Of a DNA stretch of 64,000 nucleotides, positions 27,653-36,252 are shown piece by piece. A program made the translations under genes and the position numbers. Source of the stretch: Fibrobacterota bacterium (lineage in GTDB: Bacteria > Fibrobacterota > Fibrobacteria > UBA5070). The notes beneath the pieces are model-generated. The model saw only the letters and a program-made list of their open reading frames with translations, was not told the DNA's origin and ran no database searches. The stretch's first letter is position 1. Each line of letters opens with the position of its first letter. The stretch is from assembly GCA_029557215.1 (NCBI GenBank), contig JAKPQQ010000255.1, positions 16 through 64,015 of the forward strand. The letters are read 5' to 3'.

Positions 27653-28552
27653 ATGAAGTTTGGTCGGATCGTGGCGATCCTGGTGGCGTTGCTCGCCCTG
27701 GCCGGTATCGGTGGCGGGGCATGGTACTGGCATGCGCAGAATTCAACGGGCGCGAGGCCTTCTTCGCACGTGTCGACCGAAAGCGACTCGGTGCTCGCCG
27801 CGCGCGCCTTGACGCTTTCCGACAGCCTGCAGATCCTGGACCTCGCGATCCGCACGGCGCAGCAGACGGATTCCGAACCGCCGCTGGACCTGATCCGCCA
27901 GCAGAACGATCTCTGGTCCCGCTACACCTGGGCGCGCTCGCGCCTGTCGGACGCCATCGACGCCAAGACGGATTCCGGCACGCAGACCGCCCGGTCCCCT
28001 CTGGCCGACGCCGCGGGCCTGGGGAGCGCATTGGGGAGCTTGGCGATCTACCTCTGGATCGTGGCGGGCCTGGCGGTGCTGGCCGTGGCCGTGCTCGCCT
28101 GGTGGATCCTGGGACGGCGCTCGCCCAAGGAAAGCCCTGCGCCCCTGACCGAGCCGACCATGACCCGGGTGGATCGCAACGTGCGGATGCCGATTCCCGG
28201 AGGGCCGGGCGCGGGCCGCAACGTGCCGCTTCCCCGCGAGGCCACCTTCTCCCAGATGCGCGCCGCGCGATTGACCACCGAGATCGACGACGAGGTCGCC
28301 CAACGGCCTTCGCGCGCTCCCGAACCCGAACCGGTTCCCGCCGCCCCGATGCCCAAGACCGGGCGCCATGCCTGGGAAAACACCGTGTCGCAGCCTTCCA
28401 ACAACATGCCCTCGCCCGCCGAGCCCACGGTGGTCCAGGACTACGTGGTTTCGATGGCCAAGCGAGGCCGCACCAGTTCGGAGATCGCCCGCCGGTTGCG
28501 CATCCCCCAGGATCAGGTCGATCTGATCCTGAAGCTGCGCCGCAACGGTTGA
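27653..28552 (+). CDS. two-TM membrane protein with Pro-rich linker and C-terminal HTH-like tail
   Basis: ATG at 27653 inside track ORF 27608..28552. TM1 is IVAILVALLALAGIGGGAWYW; TM2 is LGSLAIYLWIVAGLAVLAVAVLAWWIL. The tail VVSMAKRGRTSSEIARRLRIPQDQVDLILKLRR resembles the C-terminal motif of DUF2802-type proteins found in flagellar loci (by eye). Confidence 0.6.
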   Translation: MKFGRIVAILVALLALAGIGGGAWYWHAQNSTGARPSSHVSTESDSVLAARALTLSDSLQILDLAIRTAQQTDSEPPLDLIRQQNDLWSRYTWARSRLSDAIDAKTDSGTQTARSPLADAAGLGSALGSLAIYLWIVAGLAVLAVAVLAWWILGRRSPKESPAPLTEPTMTRVDRNVRMPIPGGPGAGRNVPLPREATFSQMRAARLTTEIDDEVAQRPSRAPEPEPVPAAPMPKTGRHAWENTVSQPSNNMPSPAEPTVVQDYVVSMAKRGRTSSEIARRLRIPQDQVDLILKLRRNG

Positions 28553-28662
28553 GTTCGCCGGGCGCCGTCTCCCTTGCCCAACGGCCTAGCGGCCGGCGAG
28601 GGGCGGTCGGAATCGGCCAGGGAACATCGGGCAAGGACTCGAACCGGTAGGGAGGTGGCCGC

Positions 28663-30390
28663 GTGGAGATTCTGCCAGGTTCGACGAAATCCGGTGCATC
28701 CTCGCCCGAACGCCCGCTGGAAGGGCGGATCGAATCGGTGGAGGATGGCGTCGCCACCGTGCGGATCTCCGCGTCCAAGGTGGTGAGCGCCGTGCTGGAA
28801 TCGGGGATGGACGTGGGCGCCAAGGTCGCCTTGTTCGTCGGGGCCGACGGAAGATGGACGGTGCGCTCCACCGCGCAGGTGGCCACCGACGCCCAGGCCA
28901 GGATGCTGAAGCTCCTGATGGAAAGCCTGCCCTCGATGGTGGGCGGGAAGGATGCCCAGGCCGTGGCGAGAAGCCTCGCCCGCGGGGATTTCGAGGCGGC
29001 GCGCAGGCAGGTCGCCGGAATCTGGCAGGAGGTCCGCGGCGAATCGCCGGACCGGCTCGAACCCGAACTCGGGGCGTGGCTGGAACGCGGGATGCCCGCG
29101 TTGCTTTCGCGCGAAGGCGAAGCGCCCGTGGTGCGGGGCGGTGCCGTGGCCTTGACGCTGGGGGCGGCCGGGAAGAGCGAGGGGGAATACTCCGCCTGGA
29201 TCGCGGGGCGGTCGGCCACGCTGCTCGGGCCGCCGGACTTGCCGCAAGGTCCCAAAGGTCTTTGGCAGACCCGACAGATTCCGGGTGGGGGTGCCGTCTG
29301 GGCGCCGGTGCCGCAGACCAGGCTGGAACCGCCGTCGCGTGCGCTTCCCGAGCGGATCGCGCCCACCACCGAAGGCGCGAGAGCGCTGCTGGATTGGGCC
29401 GGAGTGGATCCGACTCCGGAAGCGGAGGAATCGCTGGGACGGTTCCTGGAAAGCGTCGCGCGCGAATTCGCGGATGCCGATCGCGCGACATCGGAACAGG
29501 GTCGCCCCGGACCGGCGACGGGGGAGGCTCCGGCTCGCGCGGTCTCCGGCAAGGCTTCGGAGGCGGCGCCCCCCGGGGCCGCACCGATCCTGGTGGCCGC
29601 CAAGGCGTTTCCCGATCTGCCGCAATCGGTGGCGCAGCGGGCCTTGGTGGCTTGGAGCCTGGAGCTCGCCGACGAACCGACCGCCAAGCGCGCGATCCTG
29701 GGCGATCTGCCGAAGCTTCCCGAAATGGTGGAACGGCTCGCAAGGCTGCTCCGGGACGCTCCCGAGGTCGATCCGGTCCTGGCGACGGCGGTGCGCGACT
29801 GGACCGGGGCGCATCGGATCGACCCGCAGGGGATCGGGGAGCATCGACAGAATCCGGCATCGCGCGAGGCGATCGCCCGGGCCGTGTTCGAGGCGCTGGC
29901 CCGGACCTCCGACACCCCGGAACAGGCGCCGTTGCGGGAGGCGTTGCGCCAGACGGCTTCGGCCCTGGTGCAGGAGTCGCTGGAACCTCCGCGCGACCGT
30001 TCGCACGAGGCGCCACCGGGGATGTTCCACGCGCGAGCCGGCGATGGCCGCCTGGAAGAGGGGCGGATCGTGGTCCACGACCGCCGCTCGCGCAAGGGGA
30101 ACGATGCGGACGGTTCCGGCCACCACTTCGTGGAGATCGAGATGCGGCCCGGCGAACTGGGGTTCGTGAAGGCTCGGCTGGACCTGCGGGGCAAGGTGCT
30201 GACGACAAGGCTGGAGGCCAAGGATCCGGCCACGGGGGCTCTGCTGGAAGCCCACGCGCCGGAGCTGCGCGAGGCCTTCCGGAAGATCGGTCTGGAACCG
30301 AGCCGGATCGACGTGGAGCGCCCGGCCGCGGCGCGCGGCGCGATACCGCGCAAGCCGGGAGGCGGGACGGCGTTGGACCTGCGGGCGTGA
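28663..30390 (+). CDS. FliK-like protein with C-terminal Flg_hook domain
   Basis: GTG at 28663, 7 nt after GGAGG. The C-terminal HHFVEIEMRPGELGFVKARLDLRGKVLTTRLEAKDPATGALLEAHAPELREAFRKIGLEPSRIDVE matches the flagellar hook-length control (Flg_hook) pattern. The long middle region is Ala/Pro/Glu-rich. Confidence 0.7.
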   Translation: MEILPGSTKSGASSPERPLEGRIESVEDGVATVRISASKVVSAVLESGMDVGAKVALFVGADGRWTVRSTAQVATDAQARMLKLLMESLPSMVGGKDAQAVARSLARGDFEAARRQVAGIWQEVRGESPDRLEPELGAWLERGMPALLSREGEAPVVRGGAVALTLGAAGKSEGEYSAWIAGRSATLLGPPDLPQGPKGLWQTRQIPGGGAVWAPVPQTRLEPPSRALPERIAPTTEGARALLDWAGVDPTPEAEESLGRFLESVAREFADADRATSEQGRPGPATGEAPARAVSGKASEAAPPGAAPILVAAKAFPDLPQSVAQRALVAWSLELADEPTAKRAILGDLPKLPEMVERLARLLRDAPEVDPVLATAVRDWTGAHRIDPQGIGEHRQNPASREAIARAVFEALARTSDTPEQAPLREALRQTASALVQESLEPPRDRSHEAPPGMFHARAGDGRLEEGRIVVHDRRSRKGNDADGSGHHFVEIEMRPGELGFVKARLDLRGKVLTTRLEAKDPATGALLEAHAPELREAFRKIGLEPSRIDVERPAAARGAIPRKPGGGTALDLRA

Positions 30391-31205
30391 TGGAGACGAG
30401 GATGGAACAGGACGAGACGGCGGTCCCTGCGACCGTGGCAGGCAAAAAATGGCGGATGCGCGTGAGCTACGACGGAAGGCCGTTCCTGGGGTGGCAGCGC
30501 CAGGAACAGGGGCTCACCGTCCAGGAAGCGCTGGAGACAGCCTTGCGCACCACGCTGCGCCACGCGGTGGTGGTGGAAGGCGCCGGGCGCACCGACACCG
30601 GCGTCCACGCGCGCGGGCAGGTGGTGCATTTCCGGTCGGACTCGGTGCGCGACCCCTATCGGACGTCGGCGAGCTTGAACGCCCTGCTTCCCGACGGCGC
30701 GGCGGTGCGCGACCTGTGCGAAGCGCCGGAGGACTTTTCCGCCCGGTATTCCGCCCGCTGGCGGGAATACTGCTACAGGATCCGCCACGCCCGCGATCCG
30801 CTAGCCGCCTGCAACGTCTGGTACCCCAGGCGCAGATTCCGGGTGGACAAGATCGCCGAGGTCCTTCCGTGGTTCGAGGGACGCCACGATTTCAAGGCGT
30901 TCTGCATTCCGCGCGACGACGGGCGGCACACGATGTGCGAGCTTCTGCTGGCGCGCGCGGTGGAAACCCCCGACGGCGTGGATCTGTGGATCCGAGGCGA
31001 CCGGTTCCTGCACCGGATGGTGCGGTCCATCGTGGGGTTCTGCATGGACGTGTCGCGCGGGAGCATGGGGCGCGCCGAGTTCGAGCGCATGATCGGCGGC
31101 GAACGGGTGGAACCCCGCTTCTGGGCACCGCCCGACGGTCTCACGCTGGAAAGGGTGGGCTACGAAGGTTGGACGGAACCGGTCCAGCGAGGCCAGCCGG
31201 GTTGA
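30390..31205 (+). CDS. truA: tRNA pseudouridine(38-40) synthase TruA
   Basis: The ATG overlaps the upstream stop (TGATG). Contains RMRVSYDGRPFLGWQRQ, GAGRTDTGVHARGQVVHF and FLHRMVRSIVG. Confidence 0.85.
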   Translation: METRMEQDETAVPATVAGKKWRMRVSYDGRPFLGWQRQEQGLTVQEALETALRTTLRHAVVVEGAGRTDTGVHARGQVVHFRSDSVRDPYRTSASLNALLPDGAAVRDLCEAPEDFSARYSARWREYCYRIRHARDPLAACNVWYPRRRFRVDKIAEVLPWFEGRHDFKAFCIPRDDGRHTMCELLLARAVETPDGVDLWIRGDRFLHRMVRSIVGFCMDVSRGSMGRAEFERMIGGERVEPRFWAPPDGLTLERVGYEGWTEPVQRGQPG

Positions 31206-31254
31206 CTTCGGGAGCGCTTGCCTGGGTGAGCCTCGATTTTGGAATTTTGGGATC

Positions 31255-32457
31255 ATGTCTGATGAATTCTCCTGGAGTCGGACCATGACACGCACCGCCA
31301 CCTTCCTTTCCATCGCCGTGAGCCTGCTAGCCGGGATCGGGATCGGCGCGACGGCGAAATCCGTCGCGTCTCCCGAACCGACGGAATCCGTGCAGCCTCG
31401 CCGGCTTGCCGTGGCCGAGGCCGACGGTCTGGCCACGCACCAGCGGGAATCCGCGCTTGTGCGCGCCACCCAGGCCGCGTCGCCCTCGGTGGTGGGGATC
31501 GCCGTCACCAGCAAGGAGCTGGTGCGCAGCCGCTACCGCGATCCGTTCTTCGAGCTGTTCTACGGCGAGCCCCCGCCCCAGGTGCGCCAGGCGCAAAGCT
31601 GGGGGTCGGGCGTGGTGGTGGATTCCAAGGGACATGTCATCACCAACTACCACGTGGTGGAAGGCGCGCTGGAGAGCGATCTGCCGGCGGAGGTCCAGGT
31701 GACGCTTCCCGACGGACGCAGCTTCGCCGCCAAACTCCTGGGCGGCGACAAGGACAACGATCTCGCGGTCCTGAAGATCGACGCGAAGGATCTGCCCGTC
31801 GCCGCGATCGCGGCTGGCCAGCCGACCATCGGCGAGTGGGCCCTGGCGATCGGCAACCCCTACGGCTACCTGATCGACGACCCGCGTCCCACCGTGACGG
31901 TGGGGGTGGTGTCGGCGGTGGATCGCTCGTTCACGCCGCGGTCGGGCGTGGCGCTCCGCCATGTGATCCAGACCGATGCCGCGATCAATCCCGGCAACTC
32001 GGGAGGGGCGTTGGTGAATTCCATCGGCGAGGTGATCGGCATCAACACGTTCATCTTCACGGGAGGGGGCCAGAGCCAGGGATCGATCGGGCTCGGGTTC
32101 GCGATCCCGATCCAGCGGGCCATGCGCATCGTCGACGAGATCGTGGAGTTCGGGAGGGTGCGCGACTTCACCACGGGTCTCGCGACCGACCCTTCCGCGG
32201 CCGCGGCGTTGGGGCTGCGCAGGGGCGACGGGGTGCTGGTCAGCGAAGTGGAGCGCGGATCCCCCGGCGACAAATCGGGCATCCAGCCCGGCGACATCAT
32301 CATCGGGCTGGACGGCAAGAAGGTCTCGGACCTGGAGGAAGTGCGTTCCATTCTCCGGCTCTTCCGCGTCGGGGACAGCGTACCTTTGCGGATCAAGCGA
32401 GCCCAGAAGGAACTGGACATCAAGCTCGTCCTGGAAGAACAGAAGAAACGACGCTGA
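31255..32457 (+). CDS. HtrA/DegP-family serine protease with PDZ domain
   Basis: Track ORF with an N-terminal TM/signal segment. Contains GSGVVVDSKGHVITNYHVV, DNDLAVLKI, TDAAINPGNSGGALVN and a PDZ domain (GDKSGIQPGDIIIGLDG). Confidence 0.9.
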   Translation: MSDEFSWSRTMTRTATFLSIAVSLLAGIGIGATAKSVASPEPTESVQPRRLAVAEADGLATHQRESALVRATQAASPSVVGIAVTSKELVRSRYRDPFFELFYGEPPPQVRQAQSWGSGVVVDSKGHVITNYHVVEGALESDLPAEVQVTLPDGRSFAAKLLGGDKDNDLAVLKIDAKDLPVAAIAAGQPTIGEWALAIGNPYGYLIDDPRPTVTVGVVSAVDRSFTPRSGVALRHVIQTDAAINPGNSGGALVNSIGEVIGINTFIFTGGGQSQGSIGLGFAIPIQRAMRIVDEIVEFGRVRDFTTGLATDPSAAAALGLRRGDGVLVSEVERGSPGDKSGIQPGDIIIGLDGKKVSDLEEVRSILRLFRVGDSVPLRIKRAQKELDIKLVLEEQKKRR

Positions 32458-32498
32458 GCGGAACCGAAGGGCCCCAGGCCCTCCGGACGGGAGCAGAC

Positions 32499-34988
32499 TT
32501 GCAGCACAAGAAATGGTTCGAGACCAATCGCCACGACCTCACCAAGGGAGGGCTCTGGCTGCGGGGCGACGAACCGCACCGCATGACGGAATCCGACTGG
32601 GACGGCAGGAGCTTCAGGGTGTTGCTGTCCCGGTTGTCGACATGGAACGACACTCTGGAATCGTTCACCCACCGGCTTCTGCATTCCATGCTCCAGGAGA
32701 CCGAAGGCGTGTTCGCGGACCTCGCGTGGGTCCCGCCGCACCACGACGGCGAGGTCATGACCGGCGCCGGAGTGCCGTGGCTTCTGGGCAGCGCGACCAA
32801 GCGGGGGGTGGAGGACTTCGATTGCCTGGCGTTCTCCAACGCGCTGGTACAGGAGATCCTGAACGTTCCGGAAATGCTCCGGCGTTCGGGGATTCCGCTT
32901 TCGCGCAGGGAACGCATGGCGCGAGCCGATCTTCCTCTGGTGATCCTGGGCGGCGCCAACGCGCTGTACACGTCGGCCTTGTTCGGCGACGATCCGATGG
33001 TCGACGGGATCTTCGTGGGCGAAGAACCCGAGATCATCCAGTCGATCTTCGCAAAGCTCGCCGAGGCCAAGCGCAACCACGCCTCCAAGCAGGAGATGGT
33101 TTCCGCCCTGCTGGACGTGCCGGGGTTCTTCGTGCCCGATTCGGCCAAGCCGAAGGTCAAGAAGTTCCATGCCAGCCGCCCCGACCTGAATCGATTCAAG
33201 ACGCGCGAGCCGCTGGTCGCCGCCGAGGGCGTGGCGGGAACCGCGAGCTTGCAGATCTCGGAAGGTTGTCCCTATTTCTGTTCGTTCTGCGCGGAAAGCT
33301 GGTCGCGCAAGCCCTATCGAGAAGTGTCGTTGGAAGACGCCCGTCGCGATGCATTGGAGCTCAAGCGCGAGCTGGGGCTTTCCAAGATCGACCTGTACAG
33401 CTTCAACTTCAACACCTACGAACACGTGCGTCCTCTGGTGGCCGGATTGCTGGAAGACTTCGACGCGGTGGGCCTCAAGTCGCAGCGGTTCGACGCCATC
33501 GCCCACGACCACGGGTTCGCGAGGCTCCTGAAGATCGCCGACAAGACGTCCATCACCTGCGGACTGGAGGGCATCTCGCCGCGCATGCGGAAGTTCCTCC
33601 AGAAGGACCTTTCGGAAGACGAACTCTACCGCTCCCTCGCCGCGATCTTCCGCGAGCGCCAGCGCGAGATCAAGGTGTTCCTGATCGCCACGGGCCGCGA
33701 AGAGGAAGAAGACTACGCCGAATTCCGCGTGTTCCTCAAGCGCCTGCGCGAACTCTGGGAGCGCGGCGCGTCCAGGCCTCGCATCGTCTTTTCCGCGACG
33801 CCTCTGGTGCGCTTCCCGTGGACTCCGCTGGAGTTCGACCGGATGCCCGACCCCAAGGAGTTGTCGCGCAAGGTGGGGTTCATCAAGGCGGCGGCGGTGT
33901 CGGCGGGATTCGAATACCGCGGTTCGGCGGGAATCGAAGAGGCATGGGTTTCCCAGGTGCTGGTGCGCTCCCGCGACGGTCGCGCGATGGAGGCGGCCAT
34001 GGCCGCGCAGGAAAAGACGAGATTCGTCTTCCGGGACGCCGTCACCGAGGAATACTACCAGGCGCTGCGCGTCGAACTGGCCGAACGCCACGGCGATCCC
34101 GACGCTTTCACGGCCGGGATCGATGCCGACGCTCCCGATGACGCGCCCTGGGCCGAGCTGGATCCGGGAGTGTCCCGCCGGTTCCTGGTCCGGGAATGGA
34201 AGCGTTGCCTGGAGTTCGACCAGACCCCGGTGTGCCTGGGTTGGGTGGACGAACCGGGCAAGTGCCAAGCCTGCGGAGCCTGCACGCCTCCCGAGCGCGA
34301 GGCGATCACCCACGCGAGAACGGAACCGACACAGGATCTGGAGGCGCTGGACCGGCGCCTGAAACGCCTTCGCGAGACGGAATCCGTCGTTGCGGTGCGG
34401 GTGGATCTTTCCGACGCCTGCATCGGGCTGCCCATGGACGCGATCCACGCCTGGCACGCCAGGGTGTGGATGAAGGCGCTGGGGATCGTGCGGGAGTACC
34501 GCAGGCACATGCCCCACGGAAGCGCCGACGACGGCCCCGATTGCCTGGCGGCGGGGCTGGAAACGCTCAACCCGGTCTTCTGGTTCGATGCGGCCGAGCG
34601 CGTGCGCGAAGCCCTGCAGGACGAATCGATCCTGGTTCGGGTGAACGAATGGTTCGCGCCCTACGGCGAGGTGGTCGGCCCTGCCCGGCAGGATGCGGCA
34701 AGCGGGGAATGGGAACTTCGCTGGTGCGCCGCTCCCGACCTGTCGGGTTGGCTCGCCTCGCGCGGGCTCAAGCACACGATGCGTCGCGACGGCGGCGCGC
34801 GCGTGTTCGATCTCCCGAAGGAGTCGCTCAGGAAGAAGATCGTCCTGTCCCTGCGTTGCCAGGAATTGTCAAACGGTTCCTGGCTGGTCCGCTTCGCGAC
34901 CGGCGAAAAGTTCTCCGCCAAGGATTTCCTGCGAGGGGTCTGCCCCGGCCCGGAATGGGTCTACGCCAGGCTGCGCCGGGTGTCGTAG
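32499..34988 (+). CDS. radical SAM protein fused to a DUF2344-like C-terminal domain (TIGR03960/TIGR03936-type)
   Basis: 3' part of track ORF 31836..34988. Contains CPYFCSFC (CxxxCxxC) after a B12-binding-like N-terminal region. I propose the start at the in-frame TTG at 32499 (GGGAG upstream); alternative ATG at 32583. Confidence 0.75.
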   Translation: MQHKKWFETNRHDLTKGGLWLRGDEPHRMTESDWDGRSFRVLLSRLSTWNDTLESFTHRLLHSMLQETEGVFADLAWVPPHHDGEVMTGAGVPWLLGSATKRGVEDFDCLAFSNALVQEILNVPEMLRRSGIPLSRRERMARADLPLVILGGANALYTSALFGDDPMVDGIFVGEEPEIIQSIFAKLAEAKRNHASKQEMVSALLDVPGFFVPDSAKPKVKKFHASRPDLNRFKTREPLVAAEGVAGTASLQISEGCPYFCSFCAESWSRKPYREVSLEDARRDALELKRELGLSKIDLYSFNFNTYEHVRPLVAGLLEDFDAVGLKSQRFDAIAHDHGFARLLKIADKTSITCGLEGISPRMRKFLQKDLSEDELYRSLAAIFRERQREIKVFLIATGREEEEDYAEFRVFLKRLRELWERGASRPRIVFSATPLVRFPWTPLEFDRMPDPKELSRKVGFIKAAAVSAGFEYRGSAGIEEAWVSQVLVRSRDGRAMEAAMAAQEKTRFVFRDAVTEEYYQALRVELAERHGDPDAFTAGIDADAPDDAPWAELDPGVSRRFLVREWKRCLEFDQTPVCLGWVDEPGKCQACGACTPPEREAITHARTEPTQDLEALDRRLKRLRETESVVAVRVDLSDACIGLPMDAIHAWHARVWMKALGIVREYRRHMPHGSADDGPDCLAAGLETLNPVFWFDAAERVREALQDESILVRVNEWFAPYGEVVGPARQDAASGEWELRWCAAPDLSGWLASRGLKHTMRRDGGARVFDLPKESLRKKIVLSLRCQELSNGSWLVRFATGEKFSAKDFLRGVCPGPEWVYARLRRVS

Positions 34989-35020
34989 ACAAGACCGCCG
35001 CCCTGGCGCGATGCCGTTCC

Positions 35021-35042
35021 GGGGCGATTCGTGAATCGCCCC
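35021..35042. terminator. palindromic hairpin between convergent genes
   Basis: GGGGCGATTC-gt-GAATCGCCCC lies between the radical SAM stop (34988) and the cysE stop (35075). There is no U tract. Confidence 0.3.
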
Positions 35043-35074
35043 TACGCCGGGGATCGCATGGCGGCGGGTGCCGA

Positions 35075-35878
35075 TCAGATGTCGGTGTCGTCCTCGATCT
35101 CCTGGTCCATGGCAAGGCCCGGTTCCTGGGCGCGGGGGCGGCCCACCACGCGTGCGGGAACGCCCACGACGGTGCAATGGGCTGGGACGTCGGAGAGCAC
35201 CACGCTGCCCGCGCCGACCTTGGAACCGTCGCCGATGTGGACGTTGCCCAGGACCTTCACGCCGGCTCCCAGAAGGACGCCGTTGCCGACCTTGGGGTGG
35301 CGATCGCCGGTCTGCTTGCCGGTGCCGCCCAAGGTCACGCCGTGGAGCATGGATACGTCGTTTCCGATCACGGCGGTTTCGCCCACCACCACGCCGGTGG
35401 CGTGGTCGATCAGGATGCCCGATCCGATGCGCGCCGCCGGGTGGAAGTCCACCCCGTAGACGAGCGTGATGCGCCCCTGCAGGTGGAACGCGAGATCCTT
35501 GCGGCCCTGGTTCCAAAGGTGGTGGGAGATGCGGTAGGCCTGGAGCGACTGGAATCCCTTGAAGTGCAGGAAGGGAACGGCCATCGACGGGGCGGCGGGA
35601 TCTCGTTCGATCACCGCCGACAGATCCCGTCGTGCGGCCGCGCCGATGGACGGGGTGGACAGGATGGGATGGAACAGCCTGTGCAGGTCGACCGCGGGCA
35701 CCGCCGGTTCGGCCAGGCGTCCGGCCAGGATGGTCGCCAGCGAGTCTTCGAATCCGTCGCGATCGAGGATGCAGGAACGGACGAGCGGCGCCAGGAGTTC
35801 TTCGTTGGCCAACAGGACGCCCGCTTCCTGGCGGAGTCGGGTCCAGATGGAGTCTTCCGAATGGGTTGGCGTGCTCAT
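35075..35878 (-). CDS. cysE: serine O-acetyltransferase
   Basis: ATG at 35878 inside track ORF 35075..36016. SATase N-terminal helical domain plus hexapeptide repeats: GIDIHPAARIG-like VDFHPAARIGSGILIDHATGVVVGETAVIGNDVSMLHGVTLGGTG. Confidence 0.9.
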   Translation of the reverse strand: MSTPTHSEDSIWTRLRQEAGVLLANEELLAPLVRSCILDRDGFEDSLATILAGRLAEPAVPAVDLHRLFHPILSTPSIGAAARRDLSAVIERDPAAPSMAVPFLHFKGFQSLQAYRISHHLWNQGRKDLAFHLQGRITLVYGVDFHPAARIGSGILIDHATGVVVGETAVIGNDVSMLHGVTLGGTGKQTGDRHPKVGNGVLLGAGVKVLGNVHIGDGSKVGAGSVVLSDVPAHCTVVGVPARVVGRPRAQEPGLAMDQEIEDDTDI

Positions 35879-35928
35879 GGTTTGTCCAAAATGGAAATTC
35901 CCCGCCGTTTCGCGGCTCCGGGGCTTGT

Positions 35929-36252
35929 TCATTTTTTGGCGACCAGGTCGACCAGTTCCCGGAGGACGGTTTCCTTGCGCGCGGGCTCGCCCGATTCGAA
36001 CGCCTCGTCCACGCACGACCGCAGGTGGGCTTCCAGCAACGCTCCGGAAGCCGACTTGAGGGATTCCCGGACCGCCTGGATCTGCGACAGGACGTCGACG
36101 CAGTAGCGGCCTTCGGAAACCATCCTGCGGATTCCGCGGATCTGGCCCTCGATCCGCGCGAGTCGCTTGTCGACGGCCTGGGCGAGCTCCGGGTCCTGCA
36201 GGGCGCCGATGGCGTGGTGGCAGGCCGGGGCGGAAGACTTGCGCGGGTTCAT
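35929..36252 (-). CDS. csoR: CsoR-family copper-sensing transcriptional repressor
   Basis: 107 aa; the ATG overlaps the copA stop (ATGA). Contains RLARIEGQIRGIRRMV and a C...H-x3-C ligand set (YCVDV ... EAHLRSC). Confidence 0.85.
   Translation of the reverse strand: MNPRKSSAPACHHAIGALQDPELAQAVDKRLARIEGQIRGIRRMVSEGRYCVDVLSQIQAVRESLKSASGALLEAHLRSCVDEAFESGEPARKETVLRELVDLVAKK

Noticed and set aside
27600-30788. N-terminal 1063 aa of track ORF 27303..30788
   Set aside because: Only the last 98 codons (the FHA domain from the ATG at 27599) look like protein. The upstream part is antisense to the membrane-protein and FliK-like genes and is Arg/Pro/Ser-rich.
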